32,000 nucleotides of DNA from Wolbachia endosymbiont of Litomosoides sigmodontis (GCF_013365435.1 NZ_CP046577.1:148961-180960); one strand, 5' to 3'. Counted from the stretch's first letter, positions 1 to 10,584 are shown. Notes: generated from the letters alone by a model not told the origin. A program made the numbers and translations.

Positions 1-285
1 TAAAACATTAAGCAGTGTGTAACCGATTATAAAATATAACACTCAGAAAGCTACTGTTTAGCTTATATTAGAGTGGTTTTTTCAAGTGTATTTTTATCTT
101 TTGCGTGCATATAAAGTACCAATTGTCTTGGTGAAGTGTCACTAAATTCTATATTATAAATACTAAAATGTTAATTCAAATATTAGCCTGTTACTTATAT
201 AGTTGCTGCTTTATTTAAAAGCATTTCAGCCATATTAGAGGAAGTGTAAGGTAAATTCAATGACAAGCTTTATTTCCTATGCTAA

Positions 286-992
286 TATTAATTCTTATTG
301 TTGATAGATCAAATGAGTGACATTACAAAGTTATTTAATTGCGGAATGAGAAAAGAGAGGTAGTAAGTTTGTCTAAAGCATTTTTAAGCGAAGCAATTAT
401 ATTATAGACTTTATTACACAAAATGTTCTGTTTTATATACATCTAAAGAGTCTCTGTAATAGAATTGAGTTCAGGTGAGTATGGTGTAGGTATATAATCT
501 CTATATTTTTAGGTATCTTTAAATCTTTGATTTATTATAACTAACATAATCTCTGACAAAAAAGTCTTCTCTTATTCTTAAATATTGTGATATTTGTTTG
601 AGAAATATATTCATATAATTAGTGTTACATCAGTGCAACTAAGTATAGTTCTCTCTATTTCTAGGATAATTACTCTGTAAGAGATAAAAATTTAGTCTAC
701 CTAATTTTACTTTAACCTGTGTTCTAATACCATTTTTTAAACTACCATTGTCCAACTTTTGAATGTTGGTTAAATCGCAATTTATCAAAGTAAAGACAAC
801 TTTTGTTTAGGATGCTTGCCAATAATCTCATTAAGTTTTTTAAAATTTTTCCTATCTACTTTAGACTGTTCATTGCAAGTTGGTCTTGGCGTAATATATG
901 AAAACTTCATTTTTTACATATTACAATGTACTGTAATCTTGCTGACATTCAAGTAAATTTTTTCTAGATTTTTAATTCTCATTTCTTTAATT
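286..992 (-). mobile_element. Degenerate IS630/Tc1-mariner-family IS remnant, copy A; the transposase 5' third is missing
   Basis: Collinear by eye with the full-length copies at 15879-16878 and 20088-21089. It starts TA|TTAATTCTTATTG, matching the consensus end TA|CTAATTCTCATTG. Similarity stops near 992 (ctcatttctttaat). Stops occur in all frames. Confidence 0.75.
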
Positions 993-1090
993 GCTCACGT
1001 TATTAAATAACTTTAAATATGCTAATTTAATTAAAATTGACCCGCTCTATTATTTGAATTAATATTAAATCGTTTGTAGTTAAGGAAGTT

Positions 1091-2518
1091 ATGTCAACAC
1101 CAATCACAGTTGCATATGGTGACGGCATCGGACCGGAGATTATGGAAGCGGTGCTGTCGATATTGCGTCAGGCAGAGGCAAAGATTTCAATAGATGTTAT
1201 TGAAATAGGGGAGCGTATTTATAATAAGGAATGGTCCCACGGAATTTCTCCAAGTGGTTGGGAATCTATTGAAAGAACGAAGATATTGCTTAAGTCTCCA
1301 ACAACAACTCCACAAGGTAAAGGGCACAAAAGCTTAAATGTTGCGCTTAGAAAAAAGCTAGAGTTATATGCAAATATTAGACCATGCATTTCATATCATC
1401 CTGTTATAGAAAATAAATTCGATAAGTTTGATATTGTAATAATACGCGAAAATGAAGAGGACCTTTATACAGGAATGGAGCATAGACTCACCGGTGATTC
1501 CTACCAGTGCACCAAAATTATTACTAGATCTGGATCAGAAAAAATATGTAGGTACGGTTTTGAGTATGCAAAAAGATATAATAGGGAGAAAATAACTTGT
1601 CTGACTAAAGATAACATAATGAAAATGACCGACGGCACTTTCCATACAGCATTTGATTCTATTGCAAAAGAATACCCAGATATAAAGGCAGAACATTATA
1701 TAGTTGATATTGGAATAGCACGTGTTGCCACAGAACCGGAAAATTTTGATGTTATAGTAACTGAGAACTTATACGGAGATATATTGTCAGACATAGTAGC
1801 ACAAACTTCAGGTTCTATAGGACTTGCTGGAAGTAGTAATATAGGTAGTAAGTATGCAATGTTTGAAGCAGTTCATGGTTCTGCTCCTGATATTGCAGAA
1901 AAAAATATAGCTAATCCTTCTGGCCTTTTAAATGCTGCAGTGCATATGTTGATCTATATAGATCAAGCAGATGTTGCAAAATTAGTTTACGATGCGTGGC
2001 TAAAGACTTTGGAGAGTGGGATACATACTGCTGATTTATATAGAGAGAAAAGGAGTAAACGGAAAGTTGGTACAAAAGAGTTTGCAGAAGCTGTTATAGA
2101 TAATCTAGGGAAGAAACCTGAAATATTACCTAGTCTTGTAATTAGCAGTGGTGTGAGTAGTGAAATGAGTAAAATACAAAGTAACTTTGAACAAGACTAT
2201 AAAGTTAGGAAATTGGTTGGTAGTGATATAACACTTGCTTGGGATGGATCAAGTAATTTTGATCAAATAGTAAAATTATTTGAATTAAGTAATCTGAAGG
2301 TTATAGCAATATATTCAAAAGGACTAGAGATTTGGCCTGGGTATTCAAAATCTTCGAGTGACCAAGTGACTTGCAGGTTTGTTGTAAATAATGAAAAGAA
2401 AATTATTACAAACAGTGATGTAAATGACCTGCTAATCAAACTCGAAGAAAATAGATTTGATGTGGTGAGAATGGATAAGTTATATTTGTATGATGAAAAA
2501 AAGGGGTTTTTTTCTTGA
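1091..2518 (+). CDS. icd: Isocitrate dehydrogenase (NADP-type, Rickettsiales-style long form with a roughly 130-aa C-terminal extra domain)
   Basis: 475-aa ORF. Isocitrate/isopropylmalate dehydrogenase family motifs are present: SLNVALRKKLELYANIRPC, IIRENEEDLY, NLYGDILSD and GSAPDIAEKNIANPSG. AAGGAAG Shine-Dalgarno sequence 5 nt upstream of the ATG. Confidence 0.85.
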   Translation: MSTPITVAYGDGIGPEIMEAVLSILRQAEAKISIDVIEIGERIYNKEWSHGISPSGWESIERTKILLKSPTTTPQGKGHKSLNVALRKKLELYANIRPCISYHPVIENKFDKFDIVIIRENEEDLYTGMEHRLTGDSYQCTKIITRSGSEKICRYGFEYAKRYNREKITCLTKDNIMKMTDGTFHTAFDSIAKEYPDIKAEHYIVDIGIARVATEPENFDVIVTENLYGDILSDIVAQTSGSIGLAGSSNIGSKYAMFEAVHGSAPDIAEKNIANPSGLLNAAVHMLIYIDQADVAKLVYDAWLKTLESGIHTADLYREKRSKRKVGTKEFAEAVIDNLGKKPEILPSLVISSGVSSEMSKIQSNFEQDYKVRKLVGSDITLAWDGSSNFDQIVKLFELSNLKVIAIYSKGLEIWPGYSKSSSDQVTCRFVVNNEKKIITNSDVNDLLIKLEENRFDVVRMDKLYLYDEKKGFFS

Positions 2519-3317
2519 ATTATTATAAAGAGCTTGGCCTCTTTTTTAAAGGAGCGGCATAAGAAATTGATATTTGTAAATCACTCTAATAAAAATAGAG
2601 ACAATAATAGGTTTATATAGCTTCATCAAGCTGATGAAGAGCTGAAAAAATATATTAAACCTTTAGAACACTGTGGAACACATATATTAAAGTTAGTGTG
2701 GTGCTGAAGGTGAATTGATGTCTATAACTCAAAAAGTCAAAGACTTTTTGTTTGAAGAAGACTTAATTTATAAGGTCCAAGTTTAGATATCTTCAAAAAA
2801 GGGATGAAAATTAAAAAGTTCATGCAAAAACTGAATCAATATCAAGCAAAGCATACAATTATTCAATTATATTATTTTTTTAGGAAAAGGTAGGAGTGCT
2901 TTTGAAGAGGATAAAAAGATCTTGGCATTAGAATTCATGTTGCATAAAAAAATGTCTGAAAAGGAAGGTGCTTTACCTTTAGATCTATTAATTACCAATT
3001 GCTGTAGGCTGTTATTTACTATGTAGAATAGTAGCATTTGATATTTTGTTTATGAATACGTTATTTATAAATTAGCGAATCTATTGTATGGCTAAGTTAT
3101 AGAGATAGTGAAATTTTTATTGATGAATTGGGGAACAGAATGATCTGTATTACACTAGACGATAAGCTCCTTTTTACTATCTTTATCGCTGTTTTTTCTG
3201 TTCTATTAGATATAGTATGGTTTATGAAAACTGTTAATGCAAATAATTATGCCTCTTGTCAGAAAGAGTTTTGCAGTAGAATATTACAGTATAGTATAAA
3301 TTTTTAGCTCTAAGTGC

Positions 3318-3956
3318 ATGGATTTAGAAAAGATAGAATTGATATTTGAGAAATTTAAACAGTCGAATCCTATACCGAGAATAGAGCTGAGTTATACCAA
3401 TCATTTTACATTACTGATTGCAATAATTCTGTCGGCACGTACAACTGATGTGAGTGTTAATAAAATTACAAAAGAGCTGTTTGGCATCACTGATACACCA
3501 GAAAAGATGTTAAATCTCGGACAAAGTGGGCTTAAAAAATACATAAGCAGTATTGGTTTATATAATTCCAAAGCAAAAAACATAATTGAGCTCAGCGGGA
3601 TATTGATTGAGCGATACAATAGTAAAGTGCCTGCTAATTTTGATGACTTAGTGTCTTTGCCAGGAGTTGGAAGAAAAAGCGCTAATGTATTCTTAAATAC
3701 TGGATTTAGCATTCCAACATTGGCAGTTGATACTCATGTTTTTAGAGTAAGTAATAGAATTGGCCTTATAAAAGAAAAAGATGTATTCAAAACAGAGAAA
3801 TCTCTTTTAGATGTAGTTCCAAAAAAATACCTACTCTATGCTCATCGCTGGCTAGTTTTACATGGTAGATATGTTTGCAGAGCACAAAAACCTTCGTGTG
3901 AAACGTGCATGATTCGTGATTTATGTGAATTTGAGTGTAAAAGTTATAAAATCTAG
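3318..3956 (+). CDS. nth: Endonuclease III (DNA glycosylase/AP lyase)
   Basis: 212-aa ORF. Helix-hairpin-helix motif LPGVGRKSANV, catalytic-region VDTHVFRV, and a C-terminal 4Fe-4S cluster loop C-x6-C-x2-C-x5-C (CRAQKPSCETCMIRDLC). Confidence 0.92.
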   Translation: MDLEKIELIFEKFKQSNPIPRIELSYTNHFTLLIAIILSARTTDVSVNKITKELFGITDTPEKMLNLGQSGLKKYISSIGLYNSKAKNIIELSGILIERYNSKVPANFDDLVSLPGVGRKSANVFLNTGFSIPTLAVDTHVFRVSNRIGLIKEKDVFKTEKSLLDVVPKKYLLYAHRWLVLHGRYVCRAQKPSCETCMIRDLCEFECKSYKI

Positions 3957-4054
3957 TATTCTTTTTCTTACTTATCTGAGTAGTTTATAAAACCTTGCTG
4001 AAAAACTACTTGGCAAATTTTGTCAATTTCCTTACCATGAGATTGAAGGTATTT

Positions 4055-4912
4055 ATACTCAATTCTCTCACTACCTTATACAAGGAACAGATGAATAATA
4101 ATGAAAAAGAAACCTTAATGAAGCAAGTAAAATAGCGAAGTTTAAATGGTATTGAAGTCAAAATTATTGGATAAAAAAAGTTGTGGAATCAGCAAAAGAA
4201 GTGCTGAAAAAAAAGTGTGTGAGAGGTACTGTGTAACAGCCGTAGCAAAAGTATGTTGCATTTCGGAACAACACTAATATTCAAAAAATGAAGTTTTCGT
4301 ATATTACACCAAGGTCAATTCATAAATAAATAAGATAAAGGTAGATAAGAAAAGTTTAAAAGCTTAATAAGGATATTGATAAATATTCTGAATAAGAGTT
4401 ATTCATTTTTAATGAATTGCAGTTTAGCACATGTTTGAAAATTGTACATGTAGTTTAAAAAGGGTGTTAGAACATAGGTTAAAGTAAAAAATTGGGTAGA
4501 TAAGATTTTTGTTTCTAAAGTACAGTTAATCTTTTAGGAATGGAGAGAATTCTAACTTATTGCTCTGAAATGGTCAGTACTAATTGTATGAATGTATTTC
4601 TTGAGTAAATGTCACAATATTTAAGAATAAGAGAAGACTTTCTTGTCAGAGATTATTCTAGTTAGAATAAGTCAAAAATTTAAAGGTGCCTAAAAATATA
4701 GAGATTATATACCACATCATATTCACCTGAGCTCAGTCTTATTAAGAGACTTTAGTTGTATATGAAGTAGAACATTTTGAGTAATAAAGTCTATAATACA
4801 ATTGTTTGCTTGAGGGTGCTTGTGCAAATTTATTACTTCTCCTTGCTTACTCAGCAATTGAATAGCTTTGCAATATTACTTATTTGATTCATTACCAATG
4901 AGAATTGGTATT
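4055..4912 (+). mobile_element. Degenerate IS630-family IS remnant, copy B, with a roughly 180-bp internal deletion
   Basis: Starts TA|CTCAATTCTCTCACTAC and ends CAATGAGAATTGG|TA. Collinear with the reverse complement of 15879-16878. It lacks the segment present at about 17470-17650 in copy E. Multiple stops. Confidence 0.75.
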
Positions 4913-4913
4913 A

Positions 4914-5369
4914 TCAGTAGTCTCATTAATTTTTTTTAACTCTTTCTGTCTAATTTTATTTAGTTCATTATGAATTGATCTTGGCGCAATATACAAAAAC
5001 TTCTAGGGGATTCTTCTTATCCTCATTTCTTTCTTGGTAATATTAAGGCTTTCTTGTATTCGTACTTCAATTTATTCAAATTGACTCTGATTCAATTTAG
5101 TTTTTCTACGAAATTGAAGATGGATCAAACAATTTTTCTTCTCTTTCAAATTTTAGGTGTTTTGTCTATGCAGTTAGTGCATATTCTTGAAATGCAACAT
5201 ATTTTTGCTATAATTACAGCATTTAATTTTTTTGTAACTCTTTTGCTGATTGCACGATTTTTTCGTCCATTAATTTTAATGCTATTTTAACCTTGCTATT
5301 TTACTTACTTCGGTATGACTTCTTTTTCATTATTGTCTGTCTGTTCCTTGATACAGTAGGAATTGATAT
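4914..5369 (-). mobile_element. Degenerate IS630-family IS fragment, copy C; only the transposase 5' half is retained, and it abuts copy B
   Basis: Begins cagtagtctcattaatttttt, which matches caatagtctcattaagtttttt at about 16364 in copy D. Ends ACAGTAGGAATTGA|TA. The 78-aa ORF at 5054-5290 lies inside it and is a chance frame. Confidence 0.7.
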
Positions 5370-5456
5370 AGTAACTTCTATCACAGGATTCTTTTGCCTT
5401 TTTCTTGTTTGTTAAATTTCTTGATATTTATAGCTACAATGCGTGAAATGAAATCA

Positions 5457-5665
5457 CAGTATCAGATACTCGGATGACAGAAGGAGGGTACTGAGGTAAC
5501 AGAAAAAGAAGCTGAAATAAACACCAGGCGGACTAAAGTTATAGTGTATGTACATCTATACGCTTGACACTGGGATCGAGTTATCCGTATTATCTCATAA
5601 AAATCTATCACATTTACCTGTGACAAGTCTATTAGTATCACATACTAGAATGACATCAGTGTGCG
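5457..5665. repeat. Cluster of three degenerate half-copies of a Wolbachia-type palindromic repeat (GTCATCCCAG..CTGGGATGAC family)
   Basis: Three half-sites: cagtatcagatactcggatgacag (5457-5480), cgcttgacactgggatcgag (5561-5580) and gtatcacatactagaatgacatcagtgtg (5634-5662). The first is about 16/20 identical to tatcagatgctaagatgatg inside ileS (7961-7980). Confidence 0.55.
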
Positions 5666-5725
5666 TGTTTAGACATTTATGTATAGAGTGAAGAAATTAA
5701 AAAAAACGTACCAAATGATAAAAGT

Positions 5726-7054
5726 ATGAAAGGCCTGTACATTAAAACTTACGGCTGTCAAATGAACATTTATGACTCCGTTTTAATGGAAAATATAATT
5801 AAACCTCTGGGGTTTAACGTTGTTAGTGATCCTGAAAAAGCTGATTTGGTGATACTTAATACCTGTCATGTTAGGGAAAAAGCAGCAGAAAAACTTTATT
5901 CTGAGCTTGGGAAAATTCATTCATTACAAAAAAATAAAAAAATTACTATAGTGGTAGCGGGATGTGTTGCTCAGGCAGAGGGAGAAGAAGTATTTAGGAG
6001 AGCTCCTTTTGTTGATATTGTTGTTGGACCACAGAGCATAGCTACCCTGTCAGAGCTGATAGTTAAAGCAAGTAGGAATAAAGGCCATGTAATAAATATT
6101 GATTTTCCTGAGATTGTGAAATTTGATAGATTACAGGATGAGTGTTACGGTAGTAGCCAAGGATCTTCTGCATTTCTTTCCATACAAGAAGGTTGTGATA
6201 AGTTTTGTACATTTTGTGTGGTACCGTATACTCGTGGGGCTGAATATTCGCGTCCAGTAAATGAAATATTTCGCGAAGCATTGAAATTAGTTGCAAGTGG
6301 GGCAAGGGAAATCAATTTACTTGGTCAGAATGTCAATGCTTATCATAGAGAATGCAAAGGGGAAGTATGGGATTTAGGAAAGTTAATTAGTCATATTGCA
6401 AAAATTGAAAAATTAGAAAGGATTCGCTATACAACTTCTCACCCAAGAGATATGCATGAGTCTCTTTACTTGGTACATTCGGAAGTACCAAAACTCATGC
6501 CATTTATTCATCTGCCTGTACAGTCAGGTTCAAATAAAATATTGCGTGCGATGAACAGAAAGCACACTGTAGAGGAGTATTTGGAAGTAATAGAAAGGTT
6601 TCGCAAATTGAAACCAGAAATCGAATTTTCTTCTGACTTTATTGTTGGTTTCCCTGGGGAAACTGAAAAAGATTTTGAAGAGACTATAAAATTAGTGAAA
6701 AGAGTGAAGTATGCTCAGGCTTATAGCTTTAAATACAGTACAAGGCCAGGTACACCAGGGGCAGAAAGAAAAGATCAAGTACCAGAAGAGGTTAAAACAG
6801 AACGACTCCTTCGTTTACAGAAATTAATTAGTAAGCAACAGCTTGACTTTAATCAGAGCATGGTAGGTAAAACTATACCTGTTCTATTTAGCAATAAAAA
6901 AGGTAAATACCAAAATCAAATTATTGGTAAAAGTCCATATATGCAATCAGTGTGCATTGATGATCCTGAAAATAAATATAGAGACAAGATAGTAAATGTA
7001 AAGGTATTAGAAGCTTGGCAAAATAGCTTATTAGGGTGTGAATTACAGGAATGA
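5726..7054 (+). CDS. miaB: tRNA-i6A37 methylthiotransferase (radical SAM)
   Basis: 442-aa ORF. N-terminal UPF0004 domain ([19 protein letters not shown]), radical-SAM CxxxCxxC motif ([15 protein letters not shown]), and a C-terminal TRAM-like region. Confidence 0.92.
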   Translation: MKGLYIKTYGCQMNIYDSVLMENIIKPLGFNVVSDPEKADLVILNTCHVREKAAEKLYSELGKIHSLQKNKKITIVVAGCVAQAEGEEVFRRAPFVDIVVGPQSIATLSELIVKASRNKGHVINIDFPEIVKFDRLQDECYGSSQGSSAFLSIQEGCDKFCTFCVVPYTRGAEYSRPVNEIFREALKLVASGAREINLLGQNVNAYHRECKGEVWDLGKLISHIAKIEKLERIRYTTSHPRDMHESLYLVHSEVPKLMPFIHLPVQSGSNKILRAMNRKHTVEEYLEVIERFRKLKPEIEFSSDFIVGFPGETEKDFEETIKLVKRVKYAQAYSFKYSTRPGTPGAERKDQVPEEVKTERLLRLQKLISKQQLDFNQSMVGKTIPVLFSNKKGKYQNQIIGKSPYMQSVCIDDPENKYRDKIVNVKVLEAWQNSLLGCELQE

Positions 7055-7110
7055 ATTTGTTTTTGAATTTGTGATTTTCTAGAAAGTTATATACTCTTTA
7101 GTTTTAAATA

Positions 7111-10100
7111 GTGAGCATGAAGCTAAAGCATTACCCTGCTACAATAAACTGCCCTGATTTTTCATCCTTAGAAAAGGAAATCATAAAATTTTGGCGGGAA
7201 AATAAAATTTTTGAGCTGTCAGTTCAGAGGCGTTCTAAGGATAACTGTTTTGTCTTTTACGATGGACCTCCATTTGCAAATGGACTTCCGCATTATGGGC
7301 ATTTACTTACTGGTTTCATAAAGGATACATTTGCAAGATATCAAACTATGCTTCAAAGAAAGGTTGAACGTAGATTTGGTTGGGATTGTCATGGACTGCC
7401 AGCTGAGATGGGAGCGGAAAAGGAACTTAAAATATCTGGTAGAACTGAAGTAGAAAAATTTGGCATTGAAAAATTCAATAACTATTGCCGTACTTCTGTG
7501 ATGAAATTTTCATCAAAATGGGAAAAGTATGTAAATAGGCAGGCAAGATGGGTAGATTTTCATAATGACTACAAGACCATGGATAAGTCGTTCATGGAGT
7601 CAGTCATGTGGGCGTTTAAGCAGCTTTATGATAAAGGTTTAGTATATGAATCGCTGCGCGTTGTTCCATATAGTTGGGCATGTGAAACTCCATTGTCTAA
7701 TTTTGAAACAAGGCTTGATAATGCATATAGAGAAAAGCTTAGTAAGGCTGTAACTGTTGCATTTGAGCTTTTAGAAAATCCACGGCAGTTTAAACAAAAA
7801 TGTAAATTGCTTGCTTGGACTACAACTCCTTGGACGTTGCCGAGTAACTTGGCTTTAGCAATAGGAGAAAATATTGAGTATTGTGCAGTATTAGTCTACT
7901 CTTTGGTCTCATTCCAGCATCACACACTGGAACCCAAAGAAAAGGAAACCTGGATCTCAATATCAGATGCTAAGATGATGAAAAAAGGAATTACTGAAAT
8001 GAGAGCAGAGGACAATGAAAGAAGTCTAATAAATAATGAGGTATATATTTTTTCTAAAGACTACCTAGAAAAATTTATTGTTTATTGTAAACAAAACAAT
8101 ATTTTATATAAAAACTGCAATATAAAACTTAGAGCAAATGATCTGGCAGGTCTTTCTTATAAGCCACTGTTCTCTTATTTTAAAGATACGAAGAATGCAT
8201 TCCGTGTTTTCATTGCTGATTATGTTACAGGAGAAGATGGTACTGGCGTTGTACATATTGCTCCTGGGTTCGGCGAAGAAGATTTTTACTTGTGTCAGAG
8301 CCATGATATTTCAGCCATTTGTCCAATTGATCACAGTGGAAGATTTACTACTGAAGTTTCAGATTTAACGGGAATTCATGTTTTTGATGCTAATGATGCA
8401 GTAATAAAGAAGTTAAAAGAGCAAGGGAATTGGTTCAAAACCGAACAATATATACATAATTATCCCTATTGCTGGAGGACTGATACTCCCTTGATCTATC
8501 GTACTATGCCTTCTTGGTACGTTGCTGTGACAAAGTTCAAGAAGAGAATGACTGAATTGAATAAGAGAGTTAATTGGATGCCGAGCCATATAAGAGATGG
8601 TCAATTTGGAAAATGGCTTGAAGAAGCACACGATTGGTCAATTTCTCGCAACCGATTTTGGGGTACGCCAATTCCTGTATGGAAATCTGATGATGCAAAA
8701 TATCCAAGGATAGATGTATATGGTTCAATAGCAGAATTAGAAAGAGATTTTGATGTTAAAGTGGATGATTTACATAGGCCATTTATCGATTCTTTAACAA
8801 GACCAAATCCTAATGATCCAACAGGAAAATCAATTATGCGTCGTGTATCTGACGTATTTGATTGTTGGTTTGAATCTGCCTCGATGCCATTTGCACAAGT
8901 TCACTATCCGTTTGAAAATAGAGAATGGTTTGAGGATAATTTCCCCGCAGACTTTGTCACTGAATATATAGCCCAAACAAGAGGGTGGTTTTATACGCTT
9001 TTTGTATTATCCACTGCTTTATTTGACAGTGAACCATTTAAAAATTGCATATGCCACGGTGTAGTTCTTGATGTAAAAGGACAAAAACTATCTAAACGTC
9101 TAAATAATTATGCAGACCCGATGGAAGTTTTTGATAAATATGGTTCTGATGCACTGCGTTTTCTTATGCTTTCTGGATCTATTGTTTATGGAGGCAATTT
9201 ATTGCTTGATAAAGAAGGAAATCTAGTACGAGATGTTCTGAAAAATGTAATAAAACCTATTTGGAACAGTTATCACTTTTTTACCATGTATGCCAATGCA
9301 GACGGAATTAAAGCTGAGATTTGTAAGGACTATAAGAATACTATTGATTCCTACATGATTTCCAAATGCTTTGAGGCTGTGGAACGTATCAAAGCTTCTA
9401 TGAGCGATTATAATTCGCAAGAAGCTTGTAAGGTTCTGGTAGATTTTTTTGAAGTGTTAAATAATTGGTATATTCGTCGCAGTCGTGAGCGTTTTTGGAA
9501 AAGTAATTTAGATCAAGATAAAACTGATGCTTATAATGTTCTATATACGGTTTTTTATTACATATTAAGAGCTGCTGCTCCTTTATTGCCGCTTATAGCA
9601 GAGACTATATGGCAGGGACTTAAGTATAAAGAAATATCTGTTCATTTAGCTGATTTTCCACAATTAGAGAGATATGATAGTGAACTTATTGTCAAGATGG
9701 ATTTAGTAAAAGAAATATGCAACTCTGCATTATCTATTAGAAACACTTTTAATATACGTGTTAGACAGCCACTTAGCAGCATGATCATTTATCATCAATC
9801 TTCCTGCAATTTTCTTAAAAGGAAACTGCTTTCTGTTGTCATTCCAAAATTCTCTCATGTTACCCAGATGTGTGATGCTAAGATCAAGAAAGAGTGGGAA
9901 TGGTCAAACAATGAAATGACACCAAGCATGAATGAGTACCAAGAAATGATAAAAGATGAAGTAAATGTAAAGGAAATAGAATTAGTAAATAGTCTTGAAG
10001 GTATTGCATCGTTGGAGTTGAAATTAAATTTTCCTATGCTTGGGAAAAGAATTCCAGATAAGGTCAAGAAACTAGTTCAATATGTCAAAGAAGGGAAATG

Positions 10101-10524
10101 GAAGCAAATTGATAATGAAAAAGTATTTTTAGGTAATGAGTTGGAAAGCTACATTATAGAAAAAGGCGAATATGAGCTATTATTAAAGACGAACAGTGAA
10201 TATTCCTCTGTATTTGATAATAACAAAGGAATTGTTATCTTAAATACTGCCTTAGATGATGCACTGGTCCTAGAGGGGCTTGCAAGGGATGTTATAAGAC
10301 TCATTCAGGAGACCAGAAAGCAAGCTGACTTTCATATATCGGATAGGATCAAAGTAATAATCAAAACCGAAGATGAGAAAATTAAAAGAGCAATAAATAT
10401 GTGGGGTAAATATATAAAAGAGCAGACTCTTTCTTTATCTTTAGAAATTAATATAGAAATTGGAGCTAACTTTCATTCTAAAGAATACCGGGATTTAATT
10501 ATTGGTATTGAGTTAAATTGTTAA
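7111..10524 (+). CDS. ileS: Isoleucyl-tRNA synthetase, type 2 (eukaryote-like) form
   Basis: 1137-aa ORF. HIGH-type motif (PHYGHLLTG), KMSKS-type motif (KLSKR), WCISR-like motif (WSISRNRFWGTPIP), and CP1 editing-domain TTTPWTLPSN. The ORF track starts at GTG 7111; ATG at 7117 is an alternative start. Confidence 0.95.
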   Translation: MSMKLKHYPATINCPDFSSLEKEIIKFWRENKIFELSVQRRSKDNCFVFYDGPPFANGLPHYGHLLTGFIKDTFARYQTMLQRKVERRFGWDCHGLPAEMGAEKELKISGRTEVEKFGIEKFNNYCRTSVMKFSSKWEKYVNRQARWVDFHNDYKTMDKSFMESVMWAFKQLYDKGLVYESLRVVPYSWACETPLSNFETRLDNAYREKLSKAVTVAFELLENPRQFKQKCKLLAWTTTPWTLPSNLALAIGENIEYCAVLVYSLVSFQHHTLEPKEKETWISISDAKMMKKGITEMRAEDNERSLINNEVYIFSKDYLEKFIVYCKQNNILYKNCNIKLRANDLAGLSYKPLFSYFKDTKNAFRVFIADYVTGEDGTGVVHIAPGFGEEDFYLCQSHDISAICPIDHSGRFTTEVSDLTGIHVFDANDAVIKKLKEQGNWFKTEQYIHNYPYCWRTDTPLIYRTMPSWYVAVTKFKKRMTELNKRVNWMPSHIRDGQFGKWLEEAHDWSISRNRFWGTPIPVWKSDDAKYPRIDVYGSIAELERDFDVKVDDLHRPFIDSLTRPNPNDPTGKSIMRRVSDVFDCWFESASMPFAQVHYPFENREWFEDNFPADFVTEYIAQTRGWFYTLFVLSTALFDSEPFKNCICHGVVLDVKGQKLSKRLNNYADPMEVFDKYGSDALRFLMLSGSIVYGGNLLLDKEGNLVRDVLKNVIKPIWNSYHFFTMYANADGIKAEICKDYKNTIDSYMISKCFEAVERIKASMSDYNSQEACKVLVDFFEVLNNWYIRRSRERFWKSNLDQDKTDAYNVLYTVFYYILRAAAPLLPLIAETIWQGLKYKEISVHLADFPQLERYDSELIVKMDLVKEICNSALSIRNTFNIRVRQPLSSMIIYHQSSCNFLKRKLLSVVIPKFSHVTQMCDAKIKKEWEWSNNEMTPSMNEYQEMIKDEVNVKEIELVNSLEGIASLELKLNFPMLGKRIPDKVKKLVQYVKEGKWKQIDNEKVFLGNELESYIIEKGEYELLLKTNSEYSSVFDNNKGIVILNTALDDALVLEGLARDVIRLIQETRKQADFHISDRIKVIIKTEDEKIKRAINMWGKYIKEQTLSLSLEINIEIGANFHSKEYRDLIIGIELNC
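7900..8035 (+). repeat. In-frame palindromic-repeat-derived insertion 1 within ileS
   Basis: Sequence reads gtctcattccag-catcacaca-ctggaaccc...cctggatctcaatatcagatgctaagatgatg. It contains a 6-bp inverted repeat, ttccag/ctggaa. Overall it resembles GTCATCCCAG..CTGGGATCC..GGATCCCAG..CTGGGATGAC. It encodes SLVSFQHHTLEPKEKETWISISDAKMMKKG with no stop. Confidence 0.55.
9836..9940 (+). repeat. In-frame palindromic-repeat-derived insertion 2 within ileS
   Basis: Starts gtcattcca (V-I-P) at 9838. It shares the exact 11-mer gatgctaagat (9874-9884) with insertion 1 (7966-7976), in the same reading frame (DAK[I/M].KK). It encodes SVVIPKFSHVTQMCDAKIKKEWEW. Confidence 0.45.
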
Positions 10525-10584
10525 TAGTTGCGAATTATCAGCATTTATGCTATACTTAAGGTAGGTGTAGTAAAGTGATATAAT

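Noticed and set aside
2621-2639. 8-bp stem and 3-nt loop hairpin (cttcatca-agc-tgatgaag) about 100 nt downstream of icd, considered as a possible terminator
   Set aside because: The stem is AT-rich and no U-tract follows on either strand, so it is not a convincing intrinsic terminator.
3140-3307. 55-aa ORF with one hydrophobic helix (MICITLDDKLLFTIFIAVFSVLLDIVWFMK...) immediately upstream of nth
   Set aside because: It has only a weak GGGA upstream and lies in a roughly 800-bp region that otherwise looks like decayed sequence. An ORF of this length is expected by chance, and conservation cannot be assessed without comparative data.
3401-3712. 103-aa antisense ORF inside nth. The same pattern applies to similar antisense ORFs at 6063-6305, 8104-8304, 8138-8368, 8413-8631, 9223-9420, 9855-10067, 11565-11810, 12149-12361, 12534-12728, 15414-15605, 22154-22351, 24171-24443, 28706-29023 and 31006-31320.
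   Set aside because: Each lies wholly within, and mostly opposite to, a strongly supported CDS. They have low-complexity F/L/I/S-rich composition typical of chance frames in AT-rich DNA, and no recognisable motifs.
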